DNA of 63,773 bases, counting the filler. It is 3 parts of 3 records of this genome, joined end to end, with 100 filler letters (N's around TTAATTAATTAA, not from the genome) between each part and the next. Parts side by side here need not be neighbours in the genome. Positions count along the whole stretch, not along the records: positions 38,338 to 63,773 come from DRR723986_9145; 2 more parts are not named here. The stretch is one strand, 5' to 3'. Under the pieces are notes generated by a model, which saw nothing but the letters and a program-made list of their open reading frames with translations, searched no databases and was not told the origin of the DNA. Of the stretch, positions 38,674 through 48,279 are shown piece after piece (position 1 is the first letter of the stretch; every line of letters begins with the position of its first letter). The position numbers and the translations under genes are program-made.

Positions 38674-38795
38674 GCAATGTCTTGCCGGATGTTCGTTGGT
38701 GCGCGCGCTTTGAAATCAATCTGCGACCGATTGACGAAGCTGAGGGCCCGGCATGACACAGTCACAATCAGGAACTGATATAAACTCGCCGCAAC

Positions 38796-38809
38796 TTGAC
38801 ATTTATCAA
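38796..38809. promoter_or_regulatory. FNR/FixK box upstream of the Crp/Fnr regulator
   Basis: TTGAC-ATTT-ATCAA within the extended palindrome ACTTGA..TCAAGT. Confidence 0.8.
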
Positions 38810-38893
38810 GTCCCCGCTATGTCCTGACAGAGGAACAAAAACAGCGAATGAAGCTGGAATTGCAACTTAAGACTCTGCGCCCCTGGAGGCCGT

Positions 38894-39661
38894 ATGCCGA
38901 TCAAGAACACTGACGCCGAACGTGTACGAAATGTTTCGTTTTTCCGGAACGCGGACGATGCGACATTCGATACGGCGATGAATGGTGCATTCCTTCAGCG
39001 TTTTCCGGCCAATACAACATTGTTGATGGAAGGAGATTCAGTCGATTTCCTCTACATCCTGCTGGAAGGCTCCGTTGAACTGGGCGCCGGCTGGAAGTCC
39101 AAGGACACAACGCTCGCCATCCTCCGGCCGGTCTCGACGTTCATTCTTGCGGCCGTGGTGCTCGAGTCCGATGCTCTGATGAGCGCTGTCACACTGGAAC
39201 GCTCGGAAATCCTTATGGTGCCGGGCGATTCGCTTCGGCGCGGCATGAAAGAGAATGCGGTTTTCGGATTCGCAGTTTCGGAGGAACTCGCAGGTTGCTA
39301 CCGCGGACTGGTCCGGTCGATCAAGAATCACAAACTGCGCGATTCAACAGAGCGCCTTGCCAATTACCTCCTCACGCAGCGAGCCCGGCAGGGCGGCAAG
39401 GACGAAATTGTGCTCCCCCATGAAAAGCGGGTACTCGCTGCCCTTCTCGGCATGACCCCGGAAAACCTGTCCCGCGCCTTTTCGAAACTGTCCGATAAAG
39501 GGGTCAGCGTGGAGGGGGCCCGGGTCGCATTCAGCAATGTCACCGTTCTTGAACGTCTGGCACGCCCAAGCCCCCTGATCGACAACCACTATGCGCAGGA
39601 CCGCAACACACTCGGCAAGGCGTATACCGAACGCCAGCAAGGTGTGCTCGACCAGAGCTAG
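38894..39661 (+). CDS. Crp/Fnr-family regulator (FtrB/NarR/Dnr-like, lacking the FNR Cys cluster)
   Basis: cNMP-like domain LYILLEGSVEL; ERLANYLL; HTH LAALLGMTPENLSRAF. Only one Cys. Confidence 0.9.
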   Translation: MPIKNTDAERVRNVSFFRNADDATFDTAMNGAFLQRFPANTTLLMEGDSVDFLYILLEGSVELGAGWKSKDTTLAILRPVSTFILAAVVLESDALMSAVTLERSEILMVPGDSLRRGMKENAVFGFAVSEELAGCYRGLVRSIKNHKLRDSTERLANYLLTQRARQGGKDEIVLPHEKRVLAALLGMTPENLSRAFSKLSDKGVSVEGARVAFSNVTVLERLARPSPLIDNHYAQDRNTLGKAYTERQQGVLDQS

Positions 39662-39662
39662 A

Positions 39663-40655
39663 TCAGCCACCCATCTGGGCCAGATTTCTGATGTCACCAG
39701 GGTCTGCATTGTGCAACCCATGCGCGGCGGGTTTGAAAGCCAGGGCGTCAACGATGCGGTCTTTGAGCATTCCGATCTGATCGTCAGAACAAAGCAGGTC
39801 GCGCAATGGGCGTCCGCCTTGCCCGAACAGGCAAAGCCTTAACTGCCCACGCGCAGTCACACGCAGGCGGTTGCAACCATCGCAAAAGCCCGGCGCATAA
39901 GGCGCAATCAGACCGATGCGGCCAACATAATCTGGATGCCTGAACTCGACCGCCGGGCCATCATCCGCACCCCGCTCTGCCGGCACCCAGCCTTTTGCCT
40001 CCAGCCACTGCCGCAACACCTGCCCACTGACGTGCTGAGCGTCGAAGAACGCTTTGTTGTCGCCAGTCCGCATCAGTTCGATAAAGCGCACAGAAATCGC
40101 ACGCTCACGGACGAAATTAGTCCAGGACGAAAAATCTTCGTCCAGCCCGTCGCGCAGCAGGACCGCGTTTACCTTCACGGCATTGAGCGGAAGCGCCTGG
40201 GCCCGCTCCAGCCCGGCCAGGACATCATGAAGGCGGTCGTGACCGGTGATACGATGGAAAGCCTCCCGGTCCAGGGCATCCATGCTGACATTGAGATTGG
40301 ACAATCCGGCATCGACCCACTCATCCACATGACGCGACAAATTCCAGCCATTCGTTGTCAGGGCGACCTTGTCGATTCCCGGCTGCGCTGAAGCACATGC
40401 AATCAATCGGGCAAGGTCCTTGCGGACTGTTGGCTCTCCGCCTGTCAGCCGCACCTTACGGATCCCCAGCTGCGCAAACGCCCGCACGAGCCGGTCCACT
40501 TCCTCAGGCGCCAGAAAATCCATTGGTCCGGATTTGCGATAGCCATCAGGCAGGCAATAGGTGCAGCGGAAATTGCAGACTTCAGTGACCGATAGCCGCA
40601 AATAGCGGAACCTGCGCCCAAACATATCCGCCACGGCAGCGCCGTGATTAGTCAT
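39663..40655 (-). CDS. moaA: GTP 3',8-cyclase
   Basis: YLRLSVTEVCNFRCTYC, RLTGGEP, FCDGCNRLR..CLF, C-terminal MGG. Confidence 0.96.
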   Translation of the reverse strand: MTNHGAAVADMFGRRFRYLRLSVTEVCNFRCTYCLPDGYRKSGPMDFLAPEEVDRLVRAFAQLGIRKVRLTGGEPTVRKDLARLIACASAQPGIDKVALTTNGWNLSRHVDEWVDAGLSNLNVSMDALDREAFHRITGHDRLHDVLAGLERAQALPLNAVKVNAVLLRDGLDEDFSSWTNFVRERAISVRFIELMRTGDNKAFFDAQHVSGQVLRQWLEAKGWVPAERGADDGPAVEFRHPDYVGRIGLIAPYAPGFCDGCNRLRVTARGQLRLCLFGQGGRPLRDLLCSDDQIGMLKDRIVDALAFKPAAHGLHNADPGDIRNLAQMGG

Positions 40656-40660
40656 CGCAT

Positions 40661-40770
40661 GGCTCCTTTCCAAGCACGGGAGGCGACAGGGTTTCCCCTG
40701 TCACCCTTCGGCCGGACCGCCATGGCGCTTGGGGGAAAGGCGCGCTTTAGGCGAGACGGCTCGGAGCGAA
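40661..40770 (-). ncRNA. Moco (molybdenum cofactor) riboswitch
   Basis: Minus-strand leader CUCCGAGCC...CCUAAAG...AUGGCG...GGUGACAGGG-GAAA-CCCUGUCGCC-UCCCGUGCUUGGAAAGGAG. The 3' block matches the moaA Moco motif CGCCUCCCGNNUUGGAAAGG, and 5' CUCC can pair with the GGAG RBS. Confidence 0.88.
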
Positions 40771-40828
40771 TATGTGTCAGCCTATGCCCAACGGGCCTGC
40801 CCGTCTTTGATGTGCGCGCCGCCGACGA

Positions 40829-40842
40829 TTGATTGGGGTCAA
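40829..40842. promoter_or_regulatory. FNR/FixK box of the moaA promoter
   Basis: TTGAT-TGGG-GTCAA, ~60 nt upstream of the riboswitch 5' end. Confidence 0.8.
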
Positions 40843-40860
40843 GTCCCTGGCATCAACCGG

Positions 40861-42057
40861 TCAAGAGCCGCGTCCTGGCCTCGGTGCCAACAATCTCGGG
40901 CCATAGATGATGGCAAAGAGCGCAAAGGCCCCCGACCAGAGAGCGCTGGCCACATGATTGACGTGCATCTGGACCGGCGCCTCAAGAAACGGGGCTGCGA
41001 CACGCGCGAATGCGCCGGAGTTCACGAGGATATAGATCAGCACGGTTCCCCATCCCGCTTTAAGCATGTGCCCCGTGTGGCCAAGACTTGCGCGTGTCAT
41101 GACGGCGAGGGTCATCACCCCGATTGCCCCTGCTCCAACTGCGTGAATACCTGAAACACGCGGAATCACGGCTGGAATCAGGCCGCTCAGACCGAGCAGA
41201 AGAAGCGCCAGCGCCGCCCATGCGTAGCCAACATGCAAAATGGTGACGAGCGGTTCAGAAAACGTGCGCAGCACCTGCCACCGCGCAACACGAACCAAAT
41301 TCAGAAGTCCCGCAACCCCAAGCAGTCCGGAGGCGGCAGACGTATCGGCAAACACCGCCCACGCCACCAGTGCGGCAAGAGACATGGTCAGAGTGGCCCC
41401 GTCATATCGCCCGAAAGGCACCGGCATCGCGCCGCCCCGCTTGCCAAGCCAGTTGCGCGTAAAACTGGGCGTAATTCTTCCGCCAATGACCAGGATCAGG
41501 AATATCAGCGCCGCAAGCCCTGTCCGAATGGCGACTTGCGGCAAGCCTCCCAGTGTAATGTCCGCCCAGTGAAAGCCGATATTGGCAAATGCCAGTACAC
41601 TGACCGCCCCGGCGACCTTCAGATTACGAGTATTCTTGCCCGCGATCACCTCACGCCAGACCAGGCTGGCAAAGGCGACAAGGAATGTACTTTCAATGGC
41701 ACCCGGCAGCCAGACAGGCCCCGGCTGCAACAGCATGGCGGCCCGCCCGGTAACCCAGAGTGCCACAAGGAGCATCAGCGGCAGGCCACAAACGGGGAGA
41801 CGTCCTGTCCAGTTTGGTACTGCCGTGAGCAGGAAGCCGGCGACAATGGCCGAGCCGTAACCGAAGACCATTTCATGGATATGGAAGACGAGCCCAGCCT
41901 CCACAGGCAGCGCACCCGGTCCGAACGTATAGGTGACGATCCAGAGCGGCACAGCAATTGCCGCCCAGATCGCCCCCAGCAGGAAGAAAGGCCGAAGGCC
42001 AAGACTGAACAGGGCCGGTCCCCTATAGGCACGTATTCTTTCAGCACTTGATACCAT
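40861..42057 (-). CDS. nnrS: NnrS heme-copper membrane protein (NO stress)
   Basis: LGLRPFFL, HIHEMVFG, GFLLTAVPNWTG, IGGRITPSFT, LHVGYAW, MTRASLGHTG. Confidence 0.94.
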   Translation of the reverse strand: MVSSAERIRAYRGPALFSLGLRPFFLLGAIWAAIAVPLWIVTYTFGPGALPVEAGLVFHIHEMVFGYGSAIVAGFLLTAVPNWTGRLPVCGLPLMLLVALWVTGRAAMLLQPGPVWLPGAIESTFLVAFASLVWREVIAGKNTRNLKVAGAVSVLAFANIGFHWADITLGGLPQVAIRTGLAALIFLILVIGGRITPSFTRNWLGKRGGAMPVPFGRYDGATLTMSLAALVAWAVFADTSAASGLLGVAGLLNLVRVARWQVLRTFSEPLVTILHVGYAWAALALLLLGLSGLIPAVIPRVSGIHAVGAGAIGVMTLAVMTRASLGHTGHMLKAGWGTVLIYILVNSGAFARVAAPFLEAPVQMHVNHVASALWSGAFALFAIIYGPRLLAPRPGRGS

Positions 42058-42078
42058 GGCTCTCGTCTATCCTGTTCC

Positions 42079-44274
42079 CTAACCGCATTTGGAATGACCG
42101 CAATCAAGACAGGTATCACACCCTTCCTTGCGGATCAGTGCCTTGTGACCGCACTTCGGACAACACGCCACATCGGAACGGCCGGTTGATATGACGTCCG
42201 TGTTTCCAGAATCGCCAAGATGCTCGGCCACAATCCGCCCGATGGCAGCGGGCAATGAGGGCACGTAACGCCCGTCCATGAACGCACCGCCCTGAGGATC
42301 GAACACCGCCTGAAGCTCTTCTGCAACGAAACTGACATCGCCGCCGCGCCGGAAGACAGCCGAGATCATACGTGTCAGCGCCAGTGTCCAGGCATAATGA
42401 TCCATGTTTTTTGAATTGACAAAGATCTCGAAAGGCTGCGACCCTAGGCCCTCATCGGTATTGTTGATCGTGACATAGACCGCATGGGCACTCGGCGGCC
42501 ATTTCAGTTTATACGTCGCCCCTTCAAGCCTGCGCGCGCGCGGTATCAGCGGTGTCTCTTCCGGTCCGCCCGTGTCTGCTGCTGCATCTACCGAAAGGAC
42601 CGAACCCGTGATTGCATTCGGCCGGTAGGTGGTCAGCCCCTTGCACTCCAGCTTGTAGCCTTCCCGGTAAACATTCTTGAAGTCTTCAAAACCGATATCG
42701 GCCGGGCAATTCACCGTCTTCGAGATCGAGCTGTCTATGAAGCGCTGTGCGCATGCCTGCATCCTTAGATGATCTCGTGGCGTCAGGGTCTGTGCACTGA
42801 CGAATACACCTTCTGGTGGCACGGCGTCACCGTAAAGGCGCTGCCAGACCCGAAGCGCATAGTCTGTAACAGGCTCTTCGAGACTGGTACCATCCGCCTG
42901 ACGCACTTTCCGGGAATAAGAGAACGCAAAGACCGGCTCGACGCCTGAGGAAACATTGTCGGCAAGCAAGGAGGTCGTGCCGGTCGGGGCGATTGAGGTC
43001 AGGCAGCCATTGCGCAAGCCATGTGTCTCGATCAATGTACGCGTATCTTCGTCGAGCCCCTTGAGATTGGGGCGTTCGAGAATGGCCTTGTCATAGAGGG
43101 GATAAGGCCCCTTCTCCGCCGAAAGGCCAGCCGAGGCCCGATACGCCGCACGCTTGATTGTGGCCATCCATCGTTCAGTCAATGAAACTGCGGCGTCGGA
43201 TCCGTATGCGGCACCGCAGAAGATCAGTGCATCTGCCAGTCCCGTGATCCCGAGACCGATCCGGCGCTTGGCTCGGGCCTCTTCCGCCTGAGCCTTGAGT
43301 GGGAAGCGGGATATGTCGATGACATTATCAAGAAAGCGAATTGCGGTTTCGGTGAGCGTTTCAATTTCGATCTCGTCGATTCCAGCCTCTTCCTCGAACG
43401 GGGACCTGACCAATCGTGCCAGATTGATCGAGCCCAGGAGGCAAGCACCATATGGCGGCAACATCTGCTCACCGCAGGGGTTGGACGCGGAAATTGTCTC
43501 GACATCTGCCAGGTTGTTCAGCGTATTGACGCGATCGATGAAGATCACGCCAGGCTCTGCAGCATCATATGTTGCCTGCATCAGACGGTCCCAGAGCTCA
43601 GAAGCCGGAATTGTGCGGTAGGGCTGCCCGTCGAAGGTGAGTACCCAGTCACTCCCGGCTTCCAGCGCTTCCATGAAGGCGTCCGTCACCAGCACGGAAA
43701 GATTGAAATTGCGGAACCTTGCGCCATCACGTTTGGCATCGATGAAAGCTTCGATGTCGGGATGATCGATCCGGAGACACCCCATCATCGCCCCCCTCCG
43801 CTGGCCTGCCGACATGATGGTCCGGCACATCGCATCCCAGGTGTCCATAAAGGAGAGTGGCCCGGAGGCCTGCGCGCCCACGCCCATGACCGGAGCGCCT
43901 GACGGGCGTATCGTGGAAAAATCCATACCGACCCCGCCGCCCTGCTGCATGGTTATGGCGGCTTCCCGGAGATGGTCAAAAATGCCCGGTAGGCTGTCGG
44001 GGACAGTTCCCATGACGAAACAATTGAACAGGGTAACATTGCGTGCCGTGCCGGCTCCGGCAAGGATCCGACCGGCCGGAATGAAACGGAAATCGGTTAG
44101 CGCCTCACGGAACCGGGTACGCCAGATCTTGCGGTTCCTTGGCTTTTCAGCCTTGGCCACGGCGTCTGCAACACGATCGAGCGTGGCGGCAAGGTCGGCG
44201 TCTTCGCTGGCCTCGGAGCGGAAACGATACTTCTTGTCCCAGATTTCTTCAGCGAGCGGCGTGTCAAAGGGCAT
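42079..44274 (-). CDS. nrdJ: Adenosylcobalamin-dependent (class II) ribonucleotide reductase
   Basis: PAGRIL, LFNCFV, GGGVGMDFS, QRRGAMM, SNPCGEQ, GACLLGS, IAPTGT, DSSISKTVN; TSCPD-like tail and C-terminal CPKC..CLDCGHSKCG. Confidence 0.94.
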   Translation of the reverse strand: MPFDTPLAEEIWDKKYRFRSEASEDADLAATLDRVADAVAKAEKPRNRKIWRTRFREALTDFRFIPAGRILAGAGTARNVTLFNCFVMGTVPDSLPGIFDHLREAAITMQQGGGVGMDFSTIRPSGAPVMGVGAQASGPLSFMDTWDAMCRTIMSAGQRRGAMMGCLRIDHPDIEAFIDAKRDGARFRNFNLSVLVTDAFMEALEAGSDWVLTFDGQPYRTIPASELWDRLMQATYDAAEPGVIFIDRVNTLNNLADVETISASNPCGEQMLPPYGACLLGSINLARLVRSPFEEEAGIDEIEIETLTETAIRFLDNVIDISRFPLKAQAEEARAKRRIGLGITGLADALIFCGAAYGSDAAVSLTERWMATIKRAAYRASAGLSAEKGPYPLYDKAILERPNLKGLDEDTRTLIETHGLRNGCLTSIAPTGTTSLLADNVSSGVEPVFAFSYSRKVRQADGTSLEEPVTDYALRVWQRLYGDAVPPEGVFVSAQTLTPRDHLRMQACAQRFIDSSISKTVNCPADIGFEDFKNVYREGYKLECKGLTTYRPNAITGSVLSVDAAADTGGPEETPLIPRARRLEGATYKLKWPPSAHAVYVTINNTDEGLGSQPFEIFVNSKNMDHYAWTLALTRMISAVFRRGGDVSFVAEELQAVFDPQGGAFMDGRYVPSLPAAIGRIVAEHLGDSGNTDVISTGRSDVACCPKCGHKALIRKEGCDTCLDCGHSKCG

Positions 44275-44388
44275 GGCAATCATCCTTGTCGTTTGTGTTC
44301 GGAAGGACGGTCAGGTTCTGTGATTCGGTGCGGCATGACGCAGGGTGCGCAGTATTCCCGGGTGTTCCGACATCTGCCGCATCCGGTT

Positions 44389-44402
44389 TTGACAAGGATC
44401 AA
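44389..44402. promoter_or_regulatory. FNR/FixK box upstream of nrdJ-nnrS
   Basis: TTGAC-AAGG-ATCAA, ~115 nt upstream of the nrdJ start. Confidence 0.8.
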
Positions 44403-44413
44403 TCAGCAGCTGT

Positions 44414-44791
44414 TTACGAAGCCTTCGATACGCCGCTTGTATAGGTCGCCAAATCGAAATAATCCCGCCAGAGACTAATCTTGCCGTCACGCATTTCGAA
44501 GATACCGCAACAGGGCAGATCAACGGCACGATCTCCAAGTTTCGTTCGGTCCAGCCGCTCTGCCACCACGACATCTCCAGCGCTGACCAGGGTCAGGATA
44601 TCCCACTCGGTTCCTGTCCAGTCCCTTATGAAATTCGAAATGAAGTCTTTCAGGGCCGCATGTCCCCTGACCGGTTTGAACGGCATATTGTGATAAACGC
44701 CATCTGCCGCAAAATAGCTGACGATTTCACCGACATCGAGCCGCGACCAGGCAGCTATAAAGTTCCGTATGGTCCGTTCATTTTCTGTCAT
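44414..44791 (-). CDS. Limonene-1,2-epoxide hydrolase-like (NTF2/SnoaL fold) protein
   Basis: VYHNMP, VVVAERLD, GIFEMRDGKISLWRDYFD contain the LEH catalytic Y/N/R/D/D pattern. Confidence 0.85.
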   Translation of the reverse strand: MTENERTIRNFIAAWSRLDVGEIVSYFAADGVYHNMPFKPVRGHAALKDFISNFIRDWTGTEWDILTLVSAGDVVVAERLDRTKLGDRAVDLPCCGIFEMRDGKISLWRDYFDLATYTSGVSKAS

Positions 44792-44815
44792 CGGAATCTC
44801 CTTGTTCTGAAAATC

Positions 44816-46000
44816 TCAGAACACCATGAACGCGACCATTGCACCGGCTGGCTCCGCTTTCGCGCCCGGCCGTCTGCGTATAAGCGCATCCGAATCGGCC
44901 AATGACCTCTGGCTGCTGGAGTCCTGCGAATCGGCCAGGACGAGACCATGGTCGGCCTGTCGCGCTCGCAGGAAGGTTTCACGATCACCACACGCTGGAA
45001 GCGGATCTGCGCAAATGCCTTGCTTGAACGTCACGGCTTTCGCTACGTCACCGCCGCCAAGCCCCTGAAGGAGTGGCGCGAGGAACAATCGCGCGGTTAC
45101 GAGCGCCGAAGTCGGATTTCCCGGCAGTCCCATCACGAGCCGCTCGCCCACATGGGCCAGCCAGACAGGCTTGCCCGGCTTGATCGCAACCTTCGGGAAC
45201 ACATAATCAGGAGCCGAGGCAAATACGGAACGGGAAAAATCACGTTCTCCGACAGACGCGCCGCCGATCATGACCACAAGGTCAGCCTCCTCCAGCGCGC
45301 GTGCGGCAGCTTTTGCCAAGACATCCGGCTCATCCGGCAATCGTTCACGGCGGACGAGGTGACCACCTTGCTGGCGCACGAAGGCGGCGATGCCCGGCGA
45401 AACGCTCTCCGGAATGGTACCTGCACGGGCATGGGCCTCTCCCGGAGCGGCGAGTTCATCGCCCGTGGCGAGGATGACAACACGCGGTTGGCGATACACG
45501 CACAGTTCCGCCCGATCGGCCGCGGCCGCCGTCGTCAGCGCCCGCCAATCGAGCTCCACACCCACCGGAACAAGCACATCTCCGGCCTGGAAATCTGAAC
45601 CGGCTGTCCGAATGTTCCGGCCGCGTCCGTGAGGGCGGACAAATGTCACACGTTCAGCGTCTCGCTCGGTGTTCTCCTGAACGATGACGCGATCTGCCCC
45701 TTCTGGCACCGGCGCACCAGTAAAAATGCGATATGCACTGCCCTCCGGCAGAACCTGCCCGGGCGGGGCGCCCGCTGCGCTCTCCCCTGCAACCGGCAGA
45801 CTGAACGGAAGGTCCCCGAGATCGCTCTCCCGAACGGCATATCCATCCATCGCGGATACATTTGTGCGCGGCATACGAAAGCGGGCGGTGACCGGCTCGG
45901 CCAGAATCCGCCCCGACGCCTGCCCGAATGGAACGATCTCGGAACCCATTGGACGCGCAGCTGCTTTGACCCTGGCCAGGGCCTCCTCGAACCCGATCAT
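44816..46000 (-). CDS. moeA: Molybdopterin molybdotransferase
   Basis: [43 protein letters not shown]. Confidence 0.95.
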   Translation of the reverse strand: MIGFEEALARVKAAARPMGSEIVPFGQASGRILAEPVTARFRMPRTNVSAMDGYAVRESDLGDLPFSLPVAGESAAGAPPGQVLPEGSAYRIFTGAPVPEGADRVIVQENTERDAERVTFVRPHGRGRNIRTAGSDFQAGDVLVPVGVELDWRALTTAAAADRAELCVYRQPRVVILATGDELAAPGEAHARAGTIPESVSPGIAAFVRQQGGHLVRRERLPDEPDVLAKAAARALEEADLVVMIGGASVGERDFSRSVFASAPDYVFPKVAIKPGKPVWLAHVGERLVMGLPGNPTSALVTARLFLAPLLQGLGGGDVAKAVTFKQGICADPLPACGDRETFLRARQADHGLVLADSQDSSSQRSLADSDALIRRRPGAKAEPAGAMVAFMVF

Positions 46001-46485
46001 GAGACTGTGCCTCCTGCAGCCCAGTCGCCGGACTTGCCGCCACTCTTCTCTTCCAGACGGATCGTCTCGATGACGATCCCCTTATCGACCGCTTTCAACA
46101 TGTCGTAGAGTGTCAGTGCCGCGACACTGACCGCAGTCAGTGCCTCCATCTCGACACCAGTCTGCCCGGTCAGACGCACCTCAGCTGTCAGCCGGAACCC
46201 CGGTAAGTCATCATCCATTTCGATGATAACCGCGACCTTGCTAAGCGCGAGCGGATGGCAAAGCGGGATCAGCTCATGCGTACGTTTCGCCGCCATAATA
46301 CCCGCAAGCTCAGCTGTTGTGGTCACCGCGCCCTTGGGTGTCCGTCCCTCGCGCACCATCGCGAGGGTCGCGGCCTGGCACTGTACACGTCCGCTCGCGA
46401 CAGCGCGGCGTACACTCGCGGTCTTGTTGCCGACATCAACCATTTGCACCCGGCCTTCCGCGTCAAGGTGTGTCAGTTCAGTCAT
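45997..46485 (-). CDS. moaC: Cyclic pyranopterin monophosphate synthase
   Basis: Start MTELTHLD at 46485. [32 protein letters not shown]. Confidence 0.96.
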   Translation of the reverse strand: MTELTHLDAEGRVQMVDVGNKTASVRRAVASGRVQCQAATLAMVREGRTPKGAVTTTAELAGIMAAKRTHELIPLCHPLALSKVAVIIEMDDDLPGFRLTAEVRLTGQTGVEMEALTAVSVAALTLYDMLKAVDKGIVIETIRLEEKSGGKSGDWAAGGTVS

Positions 46486-47027
46486 GGGCAGATCCCCCGA
46501 TAACGTTCGATTTGCCCGACCAGCGAACACGGCCTGAACCGGCTGTCGAACTCCAGCGCGAACACATTGTCCCAGGCGTCCCGGCAGGCTCCTGTGGAGC
46601 CTGGCACACAGAAAATGAAGGTCTCCCCTGCCTGTCCGGCAAAAGCGCGCGACTGCAGTGTGGATACCCCGACCGTGCCGAGACTGACCTGATGAAAGAC
46701 AATCGAGAAGCCGTCCATTTCGCGCCCGAAAAGAGGCCGGATTGCTTCCGGGGTCACATCCCGAGGGGAGAAGCCGGTTCCGCCGGTCGTCAGCACCACA
46801 TCGATCCCTGGATCTGCGATCCATCGCGTGACGACTGCACGAATTTCGGAGACCTCGTCTTTCACAATGGCCCGGTCAACAAGGGTGTGACCGGCCGCTT
46901 TTGCACGCTCGATCAATAGCCCGCCGGACGTGTCGGTCTTTTCGGTCCGCGAATCCGACACCGTCAGCACGGCAATGTTCAACGGGTAAAATTCAAGGCT
47001 TTCGTCAATGCCCGGTTTTTTCTTCAT
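46482..47027 (-). CDS. moaB: Molybdenum cofactor biosynthesis protein B (MPT adenylyltransferase)
   Basis: VLTVSD, DTSG, TGGTG..RDVTPEA, LQSRA, PGSTGAC. Confidence 0.94.
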   Translation of the reverse strand: MKKKPGIDESLEFYPLNIAVLTVSDSRTEKTDTSGGLLIERAKAAGHTLVDRAIVKDEVSEIRAVVTRWIADPGIDVVLTTGGTGFSPRDVTPEAIRPLFGREMDGFSIVFHQVSLGTVGVSTLQSRAFAGQAGETFIFCVPGSTGACRDAWDNVFALEFDSRFRPCSLVGQIERYRGICP

Positions 47028-47502
47028 TCCATCTCTCCCGGTCTTCGGTATCTCTTTGTGTCGGTTCAATCCAGCGCTCACCGAACGGACCCTGTTCGCG
47101 CTTCCAGAAAACGGCCTCGGTTTTCAGCCGGTCCATCAGGTAATCGGCACACTGGAACGCAGCCCGGCGATGATCGCTCGCCACGCCGACTAGTACGATA
47201 ATCTCGCCGGGCGCCATGGCTCCGGCCCGGTGAACCACCGAAAGCGCACATATATCGAACCGCGCAGCCCCTTCCCTCGCAATCCTCTCGAGCGAAGACA
47301 CGGTCATACGCGGATGGTGGTCCAGAATCAGCCGGTCCAGCGGCTCGCCTAGCTTGGTGACCGGACGCACAACACCCTCAAAGGAAACCAGTGCGCCATG
47401 TCCACCCCCGCGTTCACGCAGCTCCCGCAACCAGGCGGCAGAATCTATCCTTGTGAAGGCAAGTTCGGAACGAACCATGGTTTCTGTCGGCGCGTCATTC
47501 AT
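47005..47502 (-). CDS. moaE: Molybdopterin synthase catalytic subunit
   Basis: GALVSFEGVVR, HR.G...PGE.IV, HRRAAF, MDRLKTEAVFWKRE. Confidence 0.93.
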   Translation of the reverse strand: MNDAPTETMVRSELAFTRIDSAAWLRELRERGGGHGALVSFEGVVRPVTKLGEPLDRLILDHHPRMTVSSLERIAREGAARFDICALSVVHRAGAMAPGEIIVLVGVASDHRRAAFQCADYLMDRLKTEAVFWKREQGPFGERWIEPTQRDTEDRERWNEEKTGH

Positions 47503-47987
47503 GCGTGGTTCCCCCAATACAATGCGCCATGGGCGCCCAGAACCGATGCCATCACAGTGACCAGGCTGAGTGCCAGCAGGACAAGATGACCGCGCCAGAC
47601 CAGCTTCATCGTCTCTATGGGCCTGCGCCGCCCCTGTTCGGCAAACCAGCGATGCAGGAGAATCTGTTCGAGTACAAACAGAACCAGTGTAAATACGAGC
47701 CAGACCGCGACCATGGAATGCATCCACCAGAAGGCGGGATCAAGAAAGCGGTTCCATGCCGCGAGGCGGTGGGTCATGTAAAAGCCTGACAGCCCGGCAA
47801 GCGTTACGGAGATCTTCGCCTGCCAGGAAAACGCGCCTTCGATCTGTTCGAACAGAGCCGCTCTCTCTTCCGGCTCCGCCAGCTTGCGCACAGCCGGCAA
47901 AAGCACCAGCGTCACGAAGGACACGCCTCCGATCCAGTGGACAATTGCGGTCACATGTATCGCGCGGGCAAGGGTCAGATCATACAT
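47499..47987 (-). CDS. Uncharacterised 4-TM His-containing membrane protein (CopD/HemJ-like N-terminus)
   Basis: ARAIHVTAIVHWIGG.., LAGLSGFYM, WWMHSMV, GHLVLL..GAHG. ATGA-coupled to moaE. Confidence 0.8.
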   Translation of the reverse strand: MYDLTLARAIHVTAIVHWIGGVSFVTLVLLPAVRKLAEPEERAALFEQIEGAFSWQAKISVTLAGLSGFYMTHRLAAWNRFLDPAFWWMHSMVAVWLVFTLVLFVLEQILLHRWFAEQGRRRPIETMKLVWRGHLVLLALSLVTVMASVLGAHGALYWGNHA

Positions 47988-47995
47988 GGGATGTT

Positions 47996-48235
47996 TCAGC
48001 CGCCCGAAACGGGGCTCATGAACTCAACCGTATCAACCGGATACACCATATGTGTATCAAGAACGATTTCGTCATTCACTGCAGCGCGCACCGTTCGCTC
48101 AAGGATCGCTTCGGCTTCATAGCGCGCCGCCAGGAGGCGACGCAGCGTCTTAACGCTCACGCCCTCCTCCGGAACAGAAATTTCTGCCGGACCGCCAAAC
48201 GGTCTTTCAATCTGTCCGTAAAACGCAATTTTCAT
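47996..48235 (-). CDS. moaD: Molybdopterin synthase sulfur carrier
   Basis: 79 aa, AVND, C-terminal PVSGG. Confidence 0.93.
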   Translation of the reverse strand: MKIAFYGQIERPFGGPAEISVPEEGVSVKTLRRLLAARYEAEAILERTVRAAVNDEIVLDTHMVYPVDTVEFMSPVSGG

Positions 48236-48279
48236 GACTTGCTCCGATATATGGTTCAGGTTGGCAAATAGCCTCCAGT

